DNA of 64,000 bases from Mobula hypostoma (Eukaryota): positions 14,384,001 to 14,448,000 of the forward strand of contig NC_086097.1 in NCBI RefSeq assembly GCF_963921235.1. The letters run 5' to 3'. Shown piece after piece: positions 12,270-24,060 of the stretch (its first letter is position 1; every line of letters begins with the position of its first letter). Below the pieces are notes generated by a model. It saw nothing but the letters and a program-made list of their open reading frames with translations. It was not told the origin of the DNA and ran no database searches. A program made the translations under genes and the position numbers.

Positions 12270-13370
12270 ATCAACATTTCATTTCCAGGTTCAATTTCAT
12301 GTTTATTGTCGTCTGTCTGCACATATACACAACCAAACGAGACAGCATTCCTCCAGACCACAGTGTGCCCACACAGCATATATCACGCATAGCCCTCAAA
12401 ACAAAATACTACCACAAATAAGTGAGTAAAATATAATTCAAAGTGCATGTAGTGTGCAGCACAGGTGTGTTGTGGAGTATTGAATTTTGTAAAAATATCG
12501 GATGAAAGCCTGAACAATTCCAGCTGACACTTTAGCTCTCTGCGAGCTCCCAGCATGCAAGGTGTCCATACAGGTTAAACACTGTAGGTTTGTTAACTAT
12601 TTGCTAATATTGGCTGGATTCTTTCTTGGCCTCAGGACACCAGTGGTATGAGAACAAAAGGCCAAAGAGTTTATCTTACTCTCCATGTCTCGCTCTGCTT
12701 GTGGAACTGAACCATTTTTGATCGAGACAGCTTTTGCTTGGTTCTTGGGTCTTCACCTAGACCAAGGAATCGCAATTGATCCGTGCCTAGCATGGATCCA
12801 GGGTGATTTCACAAGTCGGATATCCGAACTCTCCTGACAACAGCAACAATTAAGTCCCTTGACAAGGCCAACAATCTACGAATCGTGAGCCCGAAATTTC
12901 TATGGAAATCTTTGTAACTTACTACATCATATTTAGCGTGGTTTGTTTGTGCTTTCTGTTTTATGATAATAAAGTAGGCTTAAGCTACTTCATTGTGCTG
13001 GCACAATTATTACCACATCTCTGGACACTCAAGCTGATTTTGGATCTTTTGGGTCTGATCAACCTAACCCATTACAATAGGGAAACAGTGAGCAGTAAAC
13101 ACTGTCCTAATGATGAACCCTCGGTTGTGGCCGGGTATTCATCAGTCTCACAGCCTGAAGGAAGAAGCTGTTACCCAGTCTGGCAGTCCTAGTCCTGATG
13201 CTCCTGTACCTCCTTCCTGAAAGCAAAGAGTCAGAGAGATTGTATGTTCGGTTTAGGGGTCTTCAAGAATGCTTCAGGCATTTGTATACAATGCTCCCAG
13301 TATTGTCACAAATGTGGGAAGAGTGATCCTTTTGGCAGTATTGTTTATCCTCTGTAGGGTCTTGCAGTCC
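12270..13370 (-). mobile_element. Rex1/Babar LINE 3' region, host of a solo LTR
   Basis: cagcctgaaggaagaagctgttacccagtctgg...ctcctgtacctccttcc at 13150-13220 matches other Rex1 3' ends; 3' UTR at ~12270-12465. Confidence 0.65.
12466..13076. mobile_element. Probable solo LTR
   Basis: TG...CA termini (tgtgttg...attaca), near-TSD acagg/atagg, interrupts a LINE; ~90 bp of its distal part recur at ~11713-11806. Confidence 0.55.
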
Positions 13371-14345
13371 TTAAGACCATAAGACACAGAGCAGAATTAA
13401 GCCATGTGGCCCATCGTGTCTGCTCTGCCAGACCATACTGAGTGTTCCATCATCCCTCTCAATCCCAGTCTTCTGCCTTCTCCCCATAAGCTTTGATGCC
13501 CCGTTTAATCCTATTAAACTACGCCTCCAACAGGCATTGGTGGTAATGAATTCTACAGATTCACCACCCTCTGGCTAAAGAAATGTTCCATCATCTCTTT
13601 TCTAACTGGACGTCTCTCAATTCTGAGCTGTGCCCTCTGGTCTTAGAATGCCTCACTACAGGAAACATCTTCTCCACATCTACTCTATCCAAACCTTTCA
13701 ATATTCAACAGGTTTCAATGAGATTCCCCCCCCCCCCCCGCCTCATTCTTCTAAACTTCAGCAAGCACTGGCCCAGAGTCAAGAAACATTTCTCATATGT
13801 TAACTCTTTCATTACTGGGATCATTCTTGTGTATCTCCTCTGGACCCTCTCCAATGCCAATATATCTATTCTTGGCTAAGGGGCCCAATACCGCACATTA
13901 TATTCCAAGTGCTGTCTTATAAAACCTAAGCATTACATCCTTGCTTTCGTATTCTAGTCTTCTTGAAATGAAGGTTAACTTTGCACTTGCCTTCCTTACC
14001 GCCAAGTCAACCTACAAATTAACCTTTAGGGAATCCTGCACAAGGACTCCCTCTACACCTCCAATCTTTGAGTTTTCCCTGTATTTAGAAAATAATCCAT
14101 GTCTTTATTCCTTGTGCCAAAGTACATGACCATGACCCTGCATTATATTTCATCTGCCACTTCTTTCCACATTCCCCCAAATTATCTAAGTCCTTTTGGA
14201 GACAACCTTCTTGACAACACTGCTTGCTCCTACACTTATTTTCGTATCCTCTACAAACCTGGGCACAAAGCTATCAATTCCTTCATTCAGATCATTGACA
14301 CAAAACTGTCACAACACCTAATCTTATGCCACACCACTAGGTCTT
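13370..14345 (-). mobile_element. CR1 LINE 3' fragment
   Basis: (taagacca)n tail at 13370-13390 followed by antisense CR1 ORF2 remnants. Confidence 0.85.
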
Positions 14346-14414
14346 CTGAAACTCCAAGTATACAACATCAACTGATTCTCCTTTCTCTATCCTGCTGTTA
14401 CTTAAACATATATA

Positions 14415-14956
14415 CAGTACTGTGCAAAAGTCTTAGGCACATACATATTGCTAGGGAGTCTAAGATGTCTGCACAGTACTATAGTAATTTTATGTATTGC
14501 ACTGTACTGCTGCCACAAAAAAAAGACAGATTTCATGACATATGTGAGTGATGATAAACCTGATTCTGATATGGGTCTCTACTGTGGACTGAGAGTGAGA
14601 AGGGGACAGGGAGAGAGGAATCATGGTTGGGAAAAGGGGAAGGGAGAGCCAAGGGAGCGGAAAGTAGCAGAGAAGCATTCTATAATGATCAATAAACCAA
14701 TAGTGTGGCATCAAATGACCTTGTCTAGTGTCTCAGGGCTGGGTCTTTGCAATCGCACCTCTCCCCACCCCTGTCACCCCTTCTATGCCACCTATCCCAC
14801 ACCCCTCCCACAGCACTCTATCTTGCCATTCCCAACATCCTTTGCTCCCGCCAGATTTTAAAACTCAGTCTGTTCCACGTTGACAATTACAGTACTATGC
14901 AAAAGTCTTAGGCACCCTAGCTATACATATGTACCTGAGACTTTTCCACAGCATTG
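14415..14956 (+). mobile_element. Composite Tc1/mariner-type non-autonomous element, copy 2
   Basis: Same terminal palindromes as copy 1; internal segment is the reverse complement of copy 1. Confidence 0.8.
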
Positions 14957-15740
14957 AATATATATATTGTATATATGTAAGTATGTCTAAAATATATCTC
15001 CCCTTCTGCCTTCACCTCATAATCTAGGCCACTATGCCTATGGCAACCCACATGTACAGCTGTGTGATGTTTCCTTTCTGGCCACGTTGAGTCTTACCGG
15101 ACAATCTGTGAATTTATGCTTCCTATATCACTGAGAAAGTGAGCATGCAGGAAGTGGACAGGGAGAAATGGTTTACCAGAGCAATCCCACAGAATGGCAC
15201 CTGACGTGGGAAACCAACAGCTTTTCTAGTAGGTCACATTACACGCTGGGTTTGACAACGCTCTAATCTTTCCTAGTTACCGATACTGTTATGCTTTTCG
15301 AAAAAAAGATTCTGCATATGAAAGATTCTAATCTGATTTGAAAGTAATGAAAATCAATCTGAAGCCATTTGGAAGTGCACCTTATTACAATGATTAACGC
15401 AACTGAACCCAGAGATATATCTCTGAGCCAAGTAGAAAAAGATCTTGGTGGATCCCTGCTTTCACCTGCTCTCCGTCCCTGAACAGTTATTCTCCATCTC
15501 TGCTTCTCCCTTTGGCTTCTTTGGCTATTTGGGTTTTTGCTCCGTGCATGCTGTTTGACAGTAGACACTCTGTTTCTTCCAGCCCTGCCTCATTCGGTCG
15601 AGATCTATCTGTGTCAGCACAGGGAGGGGTGACGCTGTGACCCAAAAAGAAAGCGCACACCGGAGATTAGTCTTACTGATATAAAACGCAAGCTTATCTA
15701 AGTATGCTTCCTTTTCTCTGAACGCAGACCACAAGGTAGG

Positions 15741-15742
<2 letters not shown>

Positions 15743-15792
<50 letters not shown>

Positions 15793-15823
15793 CTATGTGT
15801 GTGTGTGTGTCTGTGTGTGTGTG
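15743..15823. repeat. (GT)n microsatellite, interrupted
   Basis: Direct reading. Confidence 0.98.
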
Positions 15824-17606
15824 GTGGGAGTAGACTGGGTTGTGGGTGGTAGGTGCCCAACCTGTGTGGGCATAAGACAAAGATGGAAGCATTTGCAACT
15901 TCACAGAGCCTGCCTAACTTCACAGAGCAAAGTGTTCAAGGTAATTGAATTCACTCCATGTGTAATTAAGACATGGATAAACTGCACTGATAAGACACAA
16001 GTTACAGACCAGACAATATTTTATCTGTTGTGCAGAAGGTTGGCACACCAGAACTAGACACTATTCCAGCCAAGCTGCTCTAATATAGTGACAACACTGG
16101 CATCCACGAGATGGAAATGCACCCAGGTATATCCTGTACACAAAAAGCAACACAAATGCAATCCAGCTATCTCCTGCTTCATTAGTGCCCCCTCCATCAA
16201 CACCAAAGTAATAGAAGGTATTGCAACTGTCATAGTAACGTCAACTGGCACTTGCCATGACCTGATCACTGAGGCTCGCTTTGCCATGAGCTTTCAGTTC
16301 AAAACCTTGTTGCAGCTTTGAATCTAAAAGAGCTAGTCTCCAACGGTGAGCTGTGTTGACTGTCAAGTAGCATTTAACCAAGAATGGTCCTGAGGACCCA
16401 TTATGAAATTCCATTTAGTAGTATTCTTGCAGGGCCAGGGGGGTGGGGGCGTGATTTCTTCACAGTCTGGAACTGTGACTTGCTCAAAGATGACCGCTGG
16501 AAGCCAATCATCTCAAAACTGTGACCTCTCCCAAGCTGTAAGCTCACTGATGATTACACAAAGAAAGCACAGCAGAGCCTCTGCCTCTGTCAGAGCTTAC
16601 GAAGACTTGACATGGCAGCTAAAACTTTGACAAACTACCATAGATGTGTAGCAGAGGAATATTCATTGGCTGCATCATAGTTTGGTATGGAAGCACCCTT
16701 GAACAGAAAATCCTACAGAAAGCTGTGGATACGGCCCAGGTAAAACCATTCCCCTCCAATGGAGAGATTCCTCCTCCGAACAACACTAGTGAACCAGATG
16801 TGTTCTTACAAAAAAAAGGCTCACAAAAGCATTCAGTCATTCATCACAAAAACAGGCCCTTCAGCCCAAAATGTCTAGACTGATCCCATTTGTCCAAATT
16901 ACATCTATATCCTTTTCTATCTTGCTTATTGAAGGACCTGCGAATAAACATGGCATGGAAGGATACAGACCTAATGTCCACGTGCTTTTCTGCTTTGCTG
17001 CTACACAGGTCCATGAATAAACATAGCAATTGTTTCCAAATGCACAGCCTCCTCTGGTAGTTCACTTCCAAATATCGAACACTATCTATGAAGGAAAAAC
17101 ACCTTCCTCAAATTCCATTTAAAGCTCCTTCCTTTCACCTTTAAATCTACACCTTCTTGCTTTTGATTCCATGGGAAAATGATTCTATCTACCTTTTCTA
17201 TGCCTTTTGTTTCATTATATACCTCTCTTAGGGCACCCCTCAGCCTTCGTTGCTCCAGCGAAGAAAGGCACAGCCTACCCGATGTCTCCCATTAGACTCC
17301 TCCAATCCAGACAGCATACCAGTAAACCTCCTCTGCACGCTCTACGTTGCAGCCACATTCTTCCTACTGTGTGGCTGCCAAAACTGTACATAACACTTCA
17401 AGAATGGTCTAACCAGAATTCTGTAACGTTACAACATATTGCTTCACTTTAAGAACTCTTTGCCATGACCTATGAAAGCAAACATGTCATATGGCTTCTC
17501 CACCATCGTATCCACCTGTGTTGCCATTTTTCAGGGATCCATGAACTTGAGCCCAACAGTCCCTGTATTCATCTACATTCCTCAGCACCTTCCCATTTAC
17601 TGTATA

Positions 17607-18145
17607 CAGTGCTGTGCAAAAGTCTTACTAGATATAGCTAGGGTGCCTAAGACTTTTGCACAGTTCTGTAGTAATTTTATGTATTGCGCTGTACTGCTGC
17701 ACCAAAGGAAAAACAAATTTCATGACATATGTGCGTGATGATAAACCTGATTTTGATATGTCTCTGTTTTGGACTGAGAGTGGACTGAGAGTGGGCAGGA
17801 AGTGGGGAGTCATTGTTGGGAAAAGGGGAAGGGAGAGGGGAGGAAGTGGGAAGCACCAGAGAGACATTCTGTAATGATCAATACACCAATTGTTTGGAAT
17901 CAAATGACATTGCCTGCTGTCTCAGAGCTGGGTGTATCTAGACACCCATCCCCCGCCCTTGGCAGACCTTCTCTGCCACCTGGCCACCAGTCTCGCACCC
18001 TTCCCACGGAACTCCACCCTCGCCATTCCCAACTTCCTTTGTCCACAACAGATTTACAAATTCGCTCTCCGATACACGTTCACCAATACAGTGCTGTGGA
18101 CAAGTGTTAGGCACCCTATCTATATAAGACTTATTCACAGTACTG
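17607..18145 (+). mobile_element. Composite Tc1/mariner-type non-autonomous element, copy 3
   Basis: ta|cagtgctgtgcaaaagtc...cacagtactg|ta; inserted in a minus-strand CR1 remnant (~16840-18365). Confidence 0.8.
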
Positions 18146-18419
18146 TACAGTATGTCTTAAAATACACCAAAATACTTCCCAAAATACACCAGCTCACACT
18201 TATTAGGATTAAATATCATCTGCTGAAGTTTTGCCATGTTTTCCAACCGATTTATATTCTCCTGTAATCTTAGACAAACTTCCTCATAAAGAGCATTAAT
18301 TTTGGTGTCATCTGCAAACTTACTAATCCTACCTCCTATATTCACATTCAAGTCATTAATATACAGGCTATTCATTCTTTTTCTGTGTGTGTTCACAGTC
18401 TTCTGCTGCTACAGCCAAT

Positions 18420-19105
18420 CCACTTCAAGCTTCCATATGTTGTGCATGAAGAAATCATGGCAGTGCCTCTACTTCCTTAGAAGTTTACAGAGATTCAGCA
18501 TGGCATCTAAAACTTTGACAAACTTCTGTAGATGTGTGGTGGAGAGTATATTGACTGGCTGCATCGCAGCCTGGTATGGAAACACCAATGCCCTTGAACA
18601 GAAAGTTTTACAAAAAGTAGGGGATACATCCCAATCCATCACAGGTAAAGCCCTCCCAATCATGAAAGCAGCATCTGTTATCTGGGATGCCCAATCACCC
18701 AGCACATGCTCTTTCCTCGCTGCTGCCATAAGGAAGAAGATACAGAAGGTGCCTTAGCATTCAACCACCAGGTTCAGAAACAATTACTACCCCTCAACCA
18801 TCAGACTCTTGAACAAAGTGGATAACTTCACTCAACTTCACCCGCCCCTTCATTGAAATATTCCCACAAACAATGGACTCACTTTCAAGGACTCTTCGTT
18901 TCATTTTCTTATTTCTTCTTCTTGCTATTGCAGAGTTTTTTTTTCTTCTGCACTCTGGTTGAAAGCCCCAGTTCATTGATTCCATTATGGTTACTATTCT
19001 ATAGATTTGTTGAGTATGCCCACAAGAAAATTAATCTCAGGGTTGTAAATGGAGACATATATGTACTTTACTATAAAAATTTACTTTGAACTTTAAACTT
19101 TGAAC
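18420..19105 (+). mobile_element. Rex1/Babar LINE 3' fragment
   Basis: [38 protein letters not shown] in ORF 18302..18757; (ctttgaa)n tail. Similar 3' ends at ~26690-27050, ~38590-38985, ~45010-45560, ~55905-56225. Confidence 0.85.
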
Positions 19106-19109
19106 CTTG

Positions 19110-19508
19110 TGGATTCAAAGATGCTCTTCTGCACACTACTGTTGTAATGGGTGGTTGTTTCAGTTACTGTCACCCTCCTGTGAGCTTGGACCAGTATGGC
19201 CATTCTCCTTTGATCTCTCTTATTAAAAAGGCCTTTCTACCCACTGATCTGCCGCTCACTGGGTGTATTTTGTTTCTCGCACCATTCTCTGAGATCAGCA
19301 GTTTCTGATATACTCTGGCACCAACAATCATGTCACAATCAAAGTCACATAATTCACATTTCTTCTCCATGTTGGTGTTTGCTCTGAACAACAACTGAGC
19401 CGTTTGACCACATCTGCATGCTTTTATCATTGAGTTGCTGCTACCTGATTAACTGATTGGATATTTGCATTAATAAGCAGGTGTACCTAATAAAGTGGCC
19501 ACTGAGAA
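19110..19508. mobile_element. Tc1-like MITE, left end truncated
   Basis: Ends in gtacctaataaagtggccactgag; body homologous to 27500-28054. Confidence 0.7.
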
Positions 19509-20069
19509 TACAACCTGTCAGACACAGTAAATTAACTCAAATCAGATCACAGAACTCATCCTGGCTTTGAATTAATTAATTATGTTACTTTCTTTTCAAA
19601 ACTAGGTGTGCATACCAGCTCATCCAGTAATGGATCGGTTGTACCAAGTAAGAGCTAGGACTATCATGTAAAGCCTTAATTTAAAATTTTCCTAACCACC
19701 GACAGACTTATGACAGTAAATGATAGATTATTTGACTAAAGTTATCCTTCAGAAGTAGTTCTCAGGAATCAATATGCATGAAGGTTCAAAAGATAACATG
19801 ATTAAAGGGTATGATCAGGAAGTGCAATGTGTTTCCATATATGGGCATACTGCCATTGTATTGGATGATGAAGACATGTGATATACCTACTTTGCAACAG
19901 TAGCAGTTTCTGCCTAGGAGCTGAAAGGACTAACAAGCATAGAGATTGGATGTTAAAAATTTAGCTTTATTCATAAACTATTAACACCACATTCCGAGGA
20001 AACCACAGGCAGAGAAAAAGTAACTACTATGTCTGGTGGAGGCAAACCAGAACATTGGGTTATAATCTT

Positions 20070-21335
20070 AAAATCAAGTGCAAGCAATTCAGGAAATATT
20101 TCAGAGGGCAGTGCAAATGTGGAATTCTCACCTGAGAGACGATCAAAGATTCCAAAGCACAGCAGCCTTCCCTATCATTGCGAAAGACTTCAGAAGAGGT
20201 TTGGAGAGGCCTCTGAACAACTACTACTGTCATATCACCTGTAGGACTAGAGAAGCCAATACACTTGACTACTGTTTTACCACTATCAGGAACGTTTCCC
20301 ATGCCATGACACACCCATGCTTTCGACAGTTCAATCACCTGGTGGTACTTTTACTCCCAGGGTATATGCAGAGACCAAAGACCGCAGCATCAGTGGTGAG
20401 GAGCAAGGAGGTATGGTCAAGAGAGGCAGAGAGGCACTCACATGAATGCTTTTGGTCAGTACACTGGAAAATATTCAGGGATTCATCTTCAAATCAGAAT
20501 GAATATGCTACAGTTGACACTGACTTGACTAAGCCTGTATGAATGAGTTTCTGCCTCCAAGAGTGTACCAGACATACCTAAACCAAAAGCTGCGGATGAA
20601 AGAGGAGATTCACAGTCTACTGTGGGCTAGGTCTGTGGTGTTCAAGACCGGTGATCCAGAACTACACAAGAAGTCCAGATACAATCAATGGAAGGCTATT
20701 TTAAGAGCAAAATAAAACCTGATTCTGATTGAAGTTAGAGAGTGAATTGGAAGCACATCAGCTCTGGCAGGATTTGCAGGCCATTACCTTCTACAAGGTG
20801 AAACTTAACATCATGAATAACTGTGGTGCTTCACTCCCTAATGAGCTGAATGCCTTTTCTGCAGACTTTGAAAGGGAGAATAAAATACCCCTCTGTGAAT
20901 CCCTGCTGCATCTGGTAACCGTGTGATCTCTGCGTGGAGGCCTACATCAGATTACCTTTCAAAGGGGTGAACCCTCACAAGGTGTCCGGCCCTGATGGTG
21001 TACCTGGTAGGTCTCCGAAAATCTGTAACAACCAGTGTTCAAGGACATCTTCAATCTCTCACTGCTACAGTCCGAGGTTCCTATCTGCTTCCAAAGGGCA
21101 ACAATCATACCACTGCCCAAGAACTGCAGGCTAAGCTGCTTCTATGACTCACCCAGTGGCACCTACATCTACAGTGATGAAGTGCTTTGAGAGGCTGGTC
21201 ATGGATAGAACCAACTCCTGCCGAAGCAAGGACCTAGACTCACTGTAATTTGCCTCTCGCCACCATAGATCTAAAGCAGATACAATCTCAGTCACTCTTC
21301 ACTTGGCCTTGGATCAGCTAGACAATAGCAATTCT
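20070..21335 (+). mobile_element. Rex1/Babar LINE internal fragment (endonuclease end to RT start)
   Basis: HITCRTREANTLDYCFTTI...NHLVVLLLP (APE C-terminus), ASLPNELNAF and KVSGPDGVPG motifs; many stops. Confidence 0.85.
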
Positions 21336-22359
21336 ACTTCTGACATATGTCTGCAGGACTGTGAAATACATAAACATTTACATATAACATATGCAAATGT
21401 ATACTGATTATGTATTGTAATAGAGATCAAAGAAAATTAAGGTACAATACAGAGGCCTATTACGTGCTTTAGAACTAAGTCAAGTGTCTTTGATGTAAAC
21501 CAAGAAATTGCAGATGCTAGAGATCTGAAATAAAATCAGTAAATGGTCATTGTCAGTCAACAACAAACACCAAGTGCTGGAGGAATTCAACAGGTCAGGC
21601 AGGATCTGTATACTGGTATAAACAGTCGACTCCTCACATCAACTGTTTATTCCCGCACATGGATGTTGCTTTTTCTGCTGAGTTCCTCTAGCATTTTGTG
21701 TTTGTCGCTTGGGTTCCGGCATCTGCAGAATCTCTTAAGTTTAAGTCTGTCAGCATTAGTGAAAAAAGTCACTGAAGTTCCAAGTCATCAGAGGAAAGGA
21801 CTCGGACCTGAACTGTCAACTGTTTTTCTTTCCACAGATGCTGCCAGACCTGCAGTTTCTAAGATGTGTTTGTACCCCACACTGCTGTGGTACTGAGCAC
21901 ATTTCTTTCGATGTGCCTTCTGCAAAAGTTCCACTGACAGGAACAAAGGTACAAATCTAGGCCTTAATGCAATAGCACATGTGCATTCTAATCTAATTCT
22001 GAAACATGATTTATTGACCAAATTTCAGTAGCGTACAACATGTATTGTATTCAACACTTTGAGTTCCTCCACCAAATTGTCTAATGGTTGAGATTCAGGC
22101 ATCTGCAATCTCTTGTGTCTCCATTTGACTATATGGCGATTGGTCAAACTCCTTCTTCCCCAGAACATACTGGGTGCAATACTACACTGCCATCAGCTAT
22201 TTGGTGCAGCATCCTAGCACAATATATGAAAGCTACAGTGAACTGTCAGGTCAACAGAAAAGATCATTGACTTCAGTCTACCTTCACTGCAGACCTTATA
22301 TCTGTCCAATACAAAGAAGCAGGAAAAATCATTCTGGACACTACCTACTCTACAAACTC

Positions 22360-23332
22360 ATCATCATCACCTCTGGCCCCCTGACCCTCAACACAGGAGC
22401 TCCCCAGGGCTGTGTCCTAAGCCCCCTCCTTTACTCTCTGTACACACCTAACTGTGTTGCTACGCACAGCTCCAATCAGCTAATTAAATTTGCAGGCAAC
22501 ACTACATTGATTGGCCTTAACTCAAATAATAATGAGGCATCTACAGAGAAGAAATCATCAGCCTGACACAGTGGTGTCAAGAAAAACAACCTCTCCCTCA
22601 ATGTCATAAAACAAGGGAGCTGGTTGTGGACTACTGGAGGACTGGAGACAGGCTAACCCCTATTGACATCAGTGGATCTGGGGTTCAAGTTCCTCAGTAT
22701 ACACATCACCGAGAACCTCACTTGGTCTGTACATATGGGCTGTATGGTGAAAAAGCACAACAACGCCTCTTTCACCTCAGACGGTTGAAGAAGTTCAGTA
22801 TGAGTCCCCGAATCCTAATGATTTTCTACAGGGGCATAATTGAGAGCATCTTGACTGGCTACATCACTGCCTGATATGGGAACTGTACTTCCCTCAATCA
22901 CAGGACTCTGCAGAAAGTGGTGCGGACAGCCCAGTGCATCTGTGGATGTGAACTTCCCACTATTCAGAACATTTACAGTGACAGGTGCGTAAAAAGGGCC
23001 CTAGGAATCAGTGGGGACCTGAATCACCCCAACTACAAACTGTTCCAGCTGCTACCATCCGGGAAATGGTATCGCAGCATAAAAGCCAGGACCAACAAAT
23101 TCCAGGACAGCTTCTTCCACTAGGCCATCAGACTGATTAATTCATGCTGATGCAACTGTATTTCTAAGCTATATTGACTGTTCTGTTGTATATCTTACTG
23201 TACATATTATTTATTACAAATTACTATACTTTGCACATTGCACATTCAGACAGAGATGTAATGTAAAGATTTTTACTGCTCATGTATGTGAAGGATGTAA
23301 GAAATAGTCAATTCAAATCAATTCAATTCAAT
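22360..23332 (+). mobile_element. Rex1/Babar LINE 3' half
   Basis: [44 protein letters not shown]; (aattc)n tail at ~23310-23332. Confidence 0.9.
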
Positions 23333-23737
23333 ATGCCATTGTATGACATGGGCAATCATGGCCTTCCATCTCACTTTAATCTGAGAACTTCTAATAAGCT
23401 CTTCCAAACTTTTGCTAGTCCATCCCTTGATGTTACTCATGAATGTCAGGTGCTATCAACCACAACTTTTTCTTCCGTCAGTTTTTCTCGTCACTGCAAG
23501 ATGTTTAAGCTTGTCTTTTTTCATTTTGTAGGGTGTGTGACCTTACAAACTACCTTTTTCAAAAGCTCCCTTCTGGAGTGCACTATAAGACTGTTGAAAT
23601 AAAAACTTCACACCATCTTAAAAGTTTCTTCTCCCAGGCAGTTAATCTGCCCAATCATTCTTGTTTGTCCCTACCCGCTCTATTACTCCCATTACTACAC
23701 TGCATTGTAGACACTTTTTATAAGGCTATTTGGATTT

Positions 23738-24060
23738 TAACCATATAACCATATAACAATTACAGCAGAGAAACAGGCCATCTCGGCCCTTCTAGTCTGT
23801 GCCGAACTCCTACTCTCACCTAGTCCCACCGACCTGCACTCAGCCCATAACCCTCCATTCCTTTCCTGTCTATGTATCTATCCAATTTAACTTTAAATGA
23901 CAACATCGAACCTGCCTCAACCACTTCTGCTGGAAGCTCGTTCCACACAGCTACCACTCTCTGAGTAAAGAAGTTCCCCCTCATGTTACCCCTAAACTTT
24001 TGCCCTTCAACTCTCAACTCATGTCCTCTTGTTTGAATCTCCCCCATTCTCAATGGAAAT
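23738..24060 (-). mobile_element. CR1 LINE 3' end
   Basis: TRGHELRVEGQKFRGNMRGNFFTQRVVAVWNELP in ORF 23820..24095; (taaccata)n tail. Confidence 0.9.

Noticed and set aside
15525..16057. HT/VC-repeat ORFs
   Set aside because: Translation of the (GT)n microsatellite.
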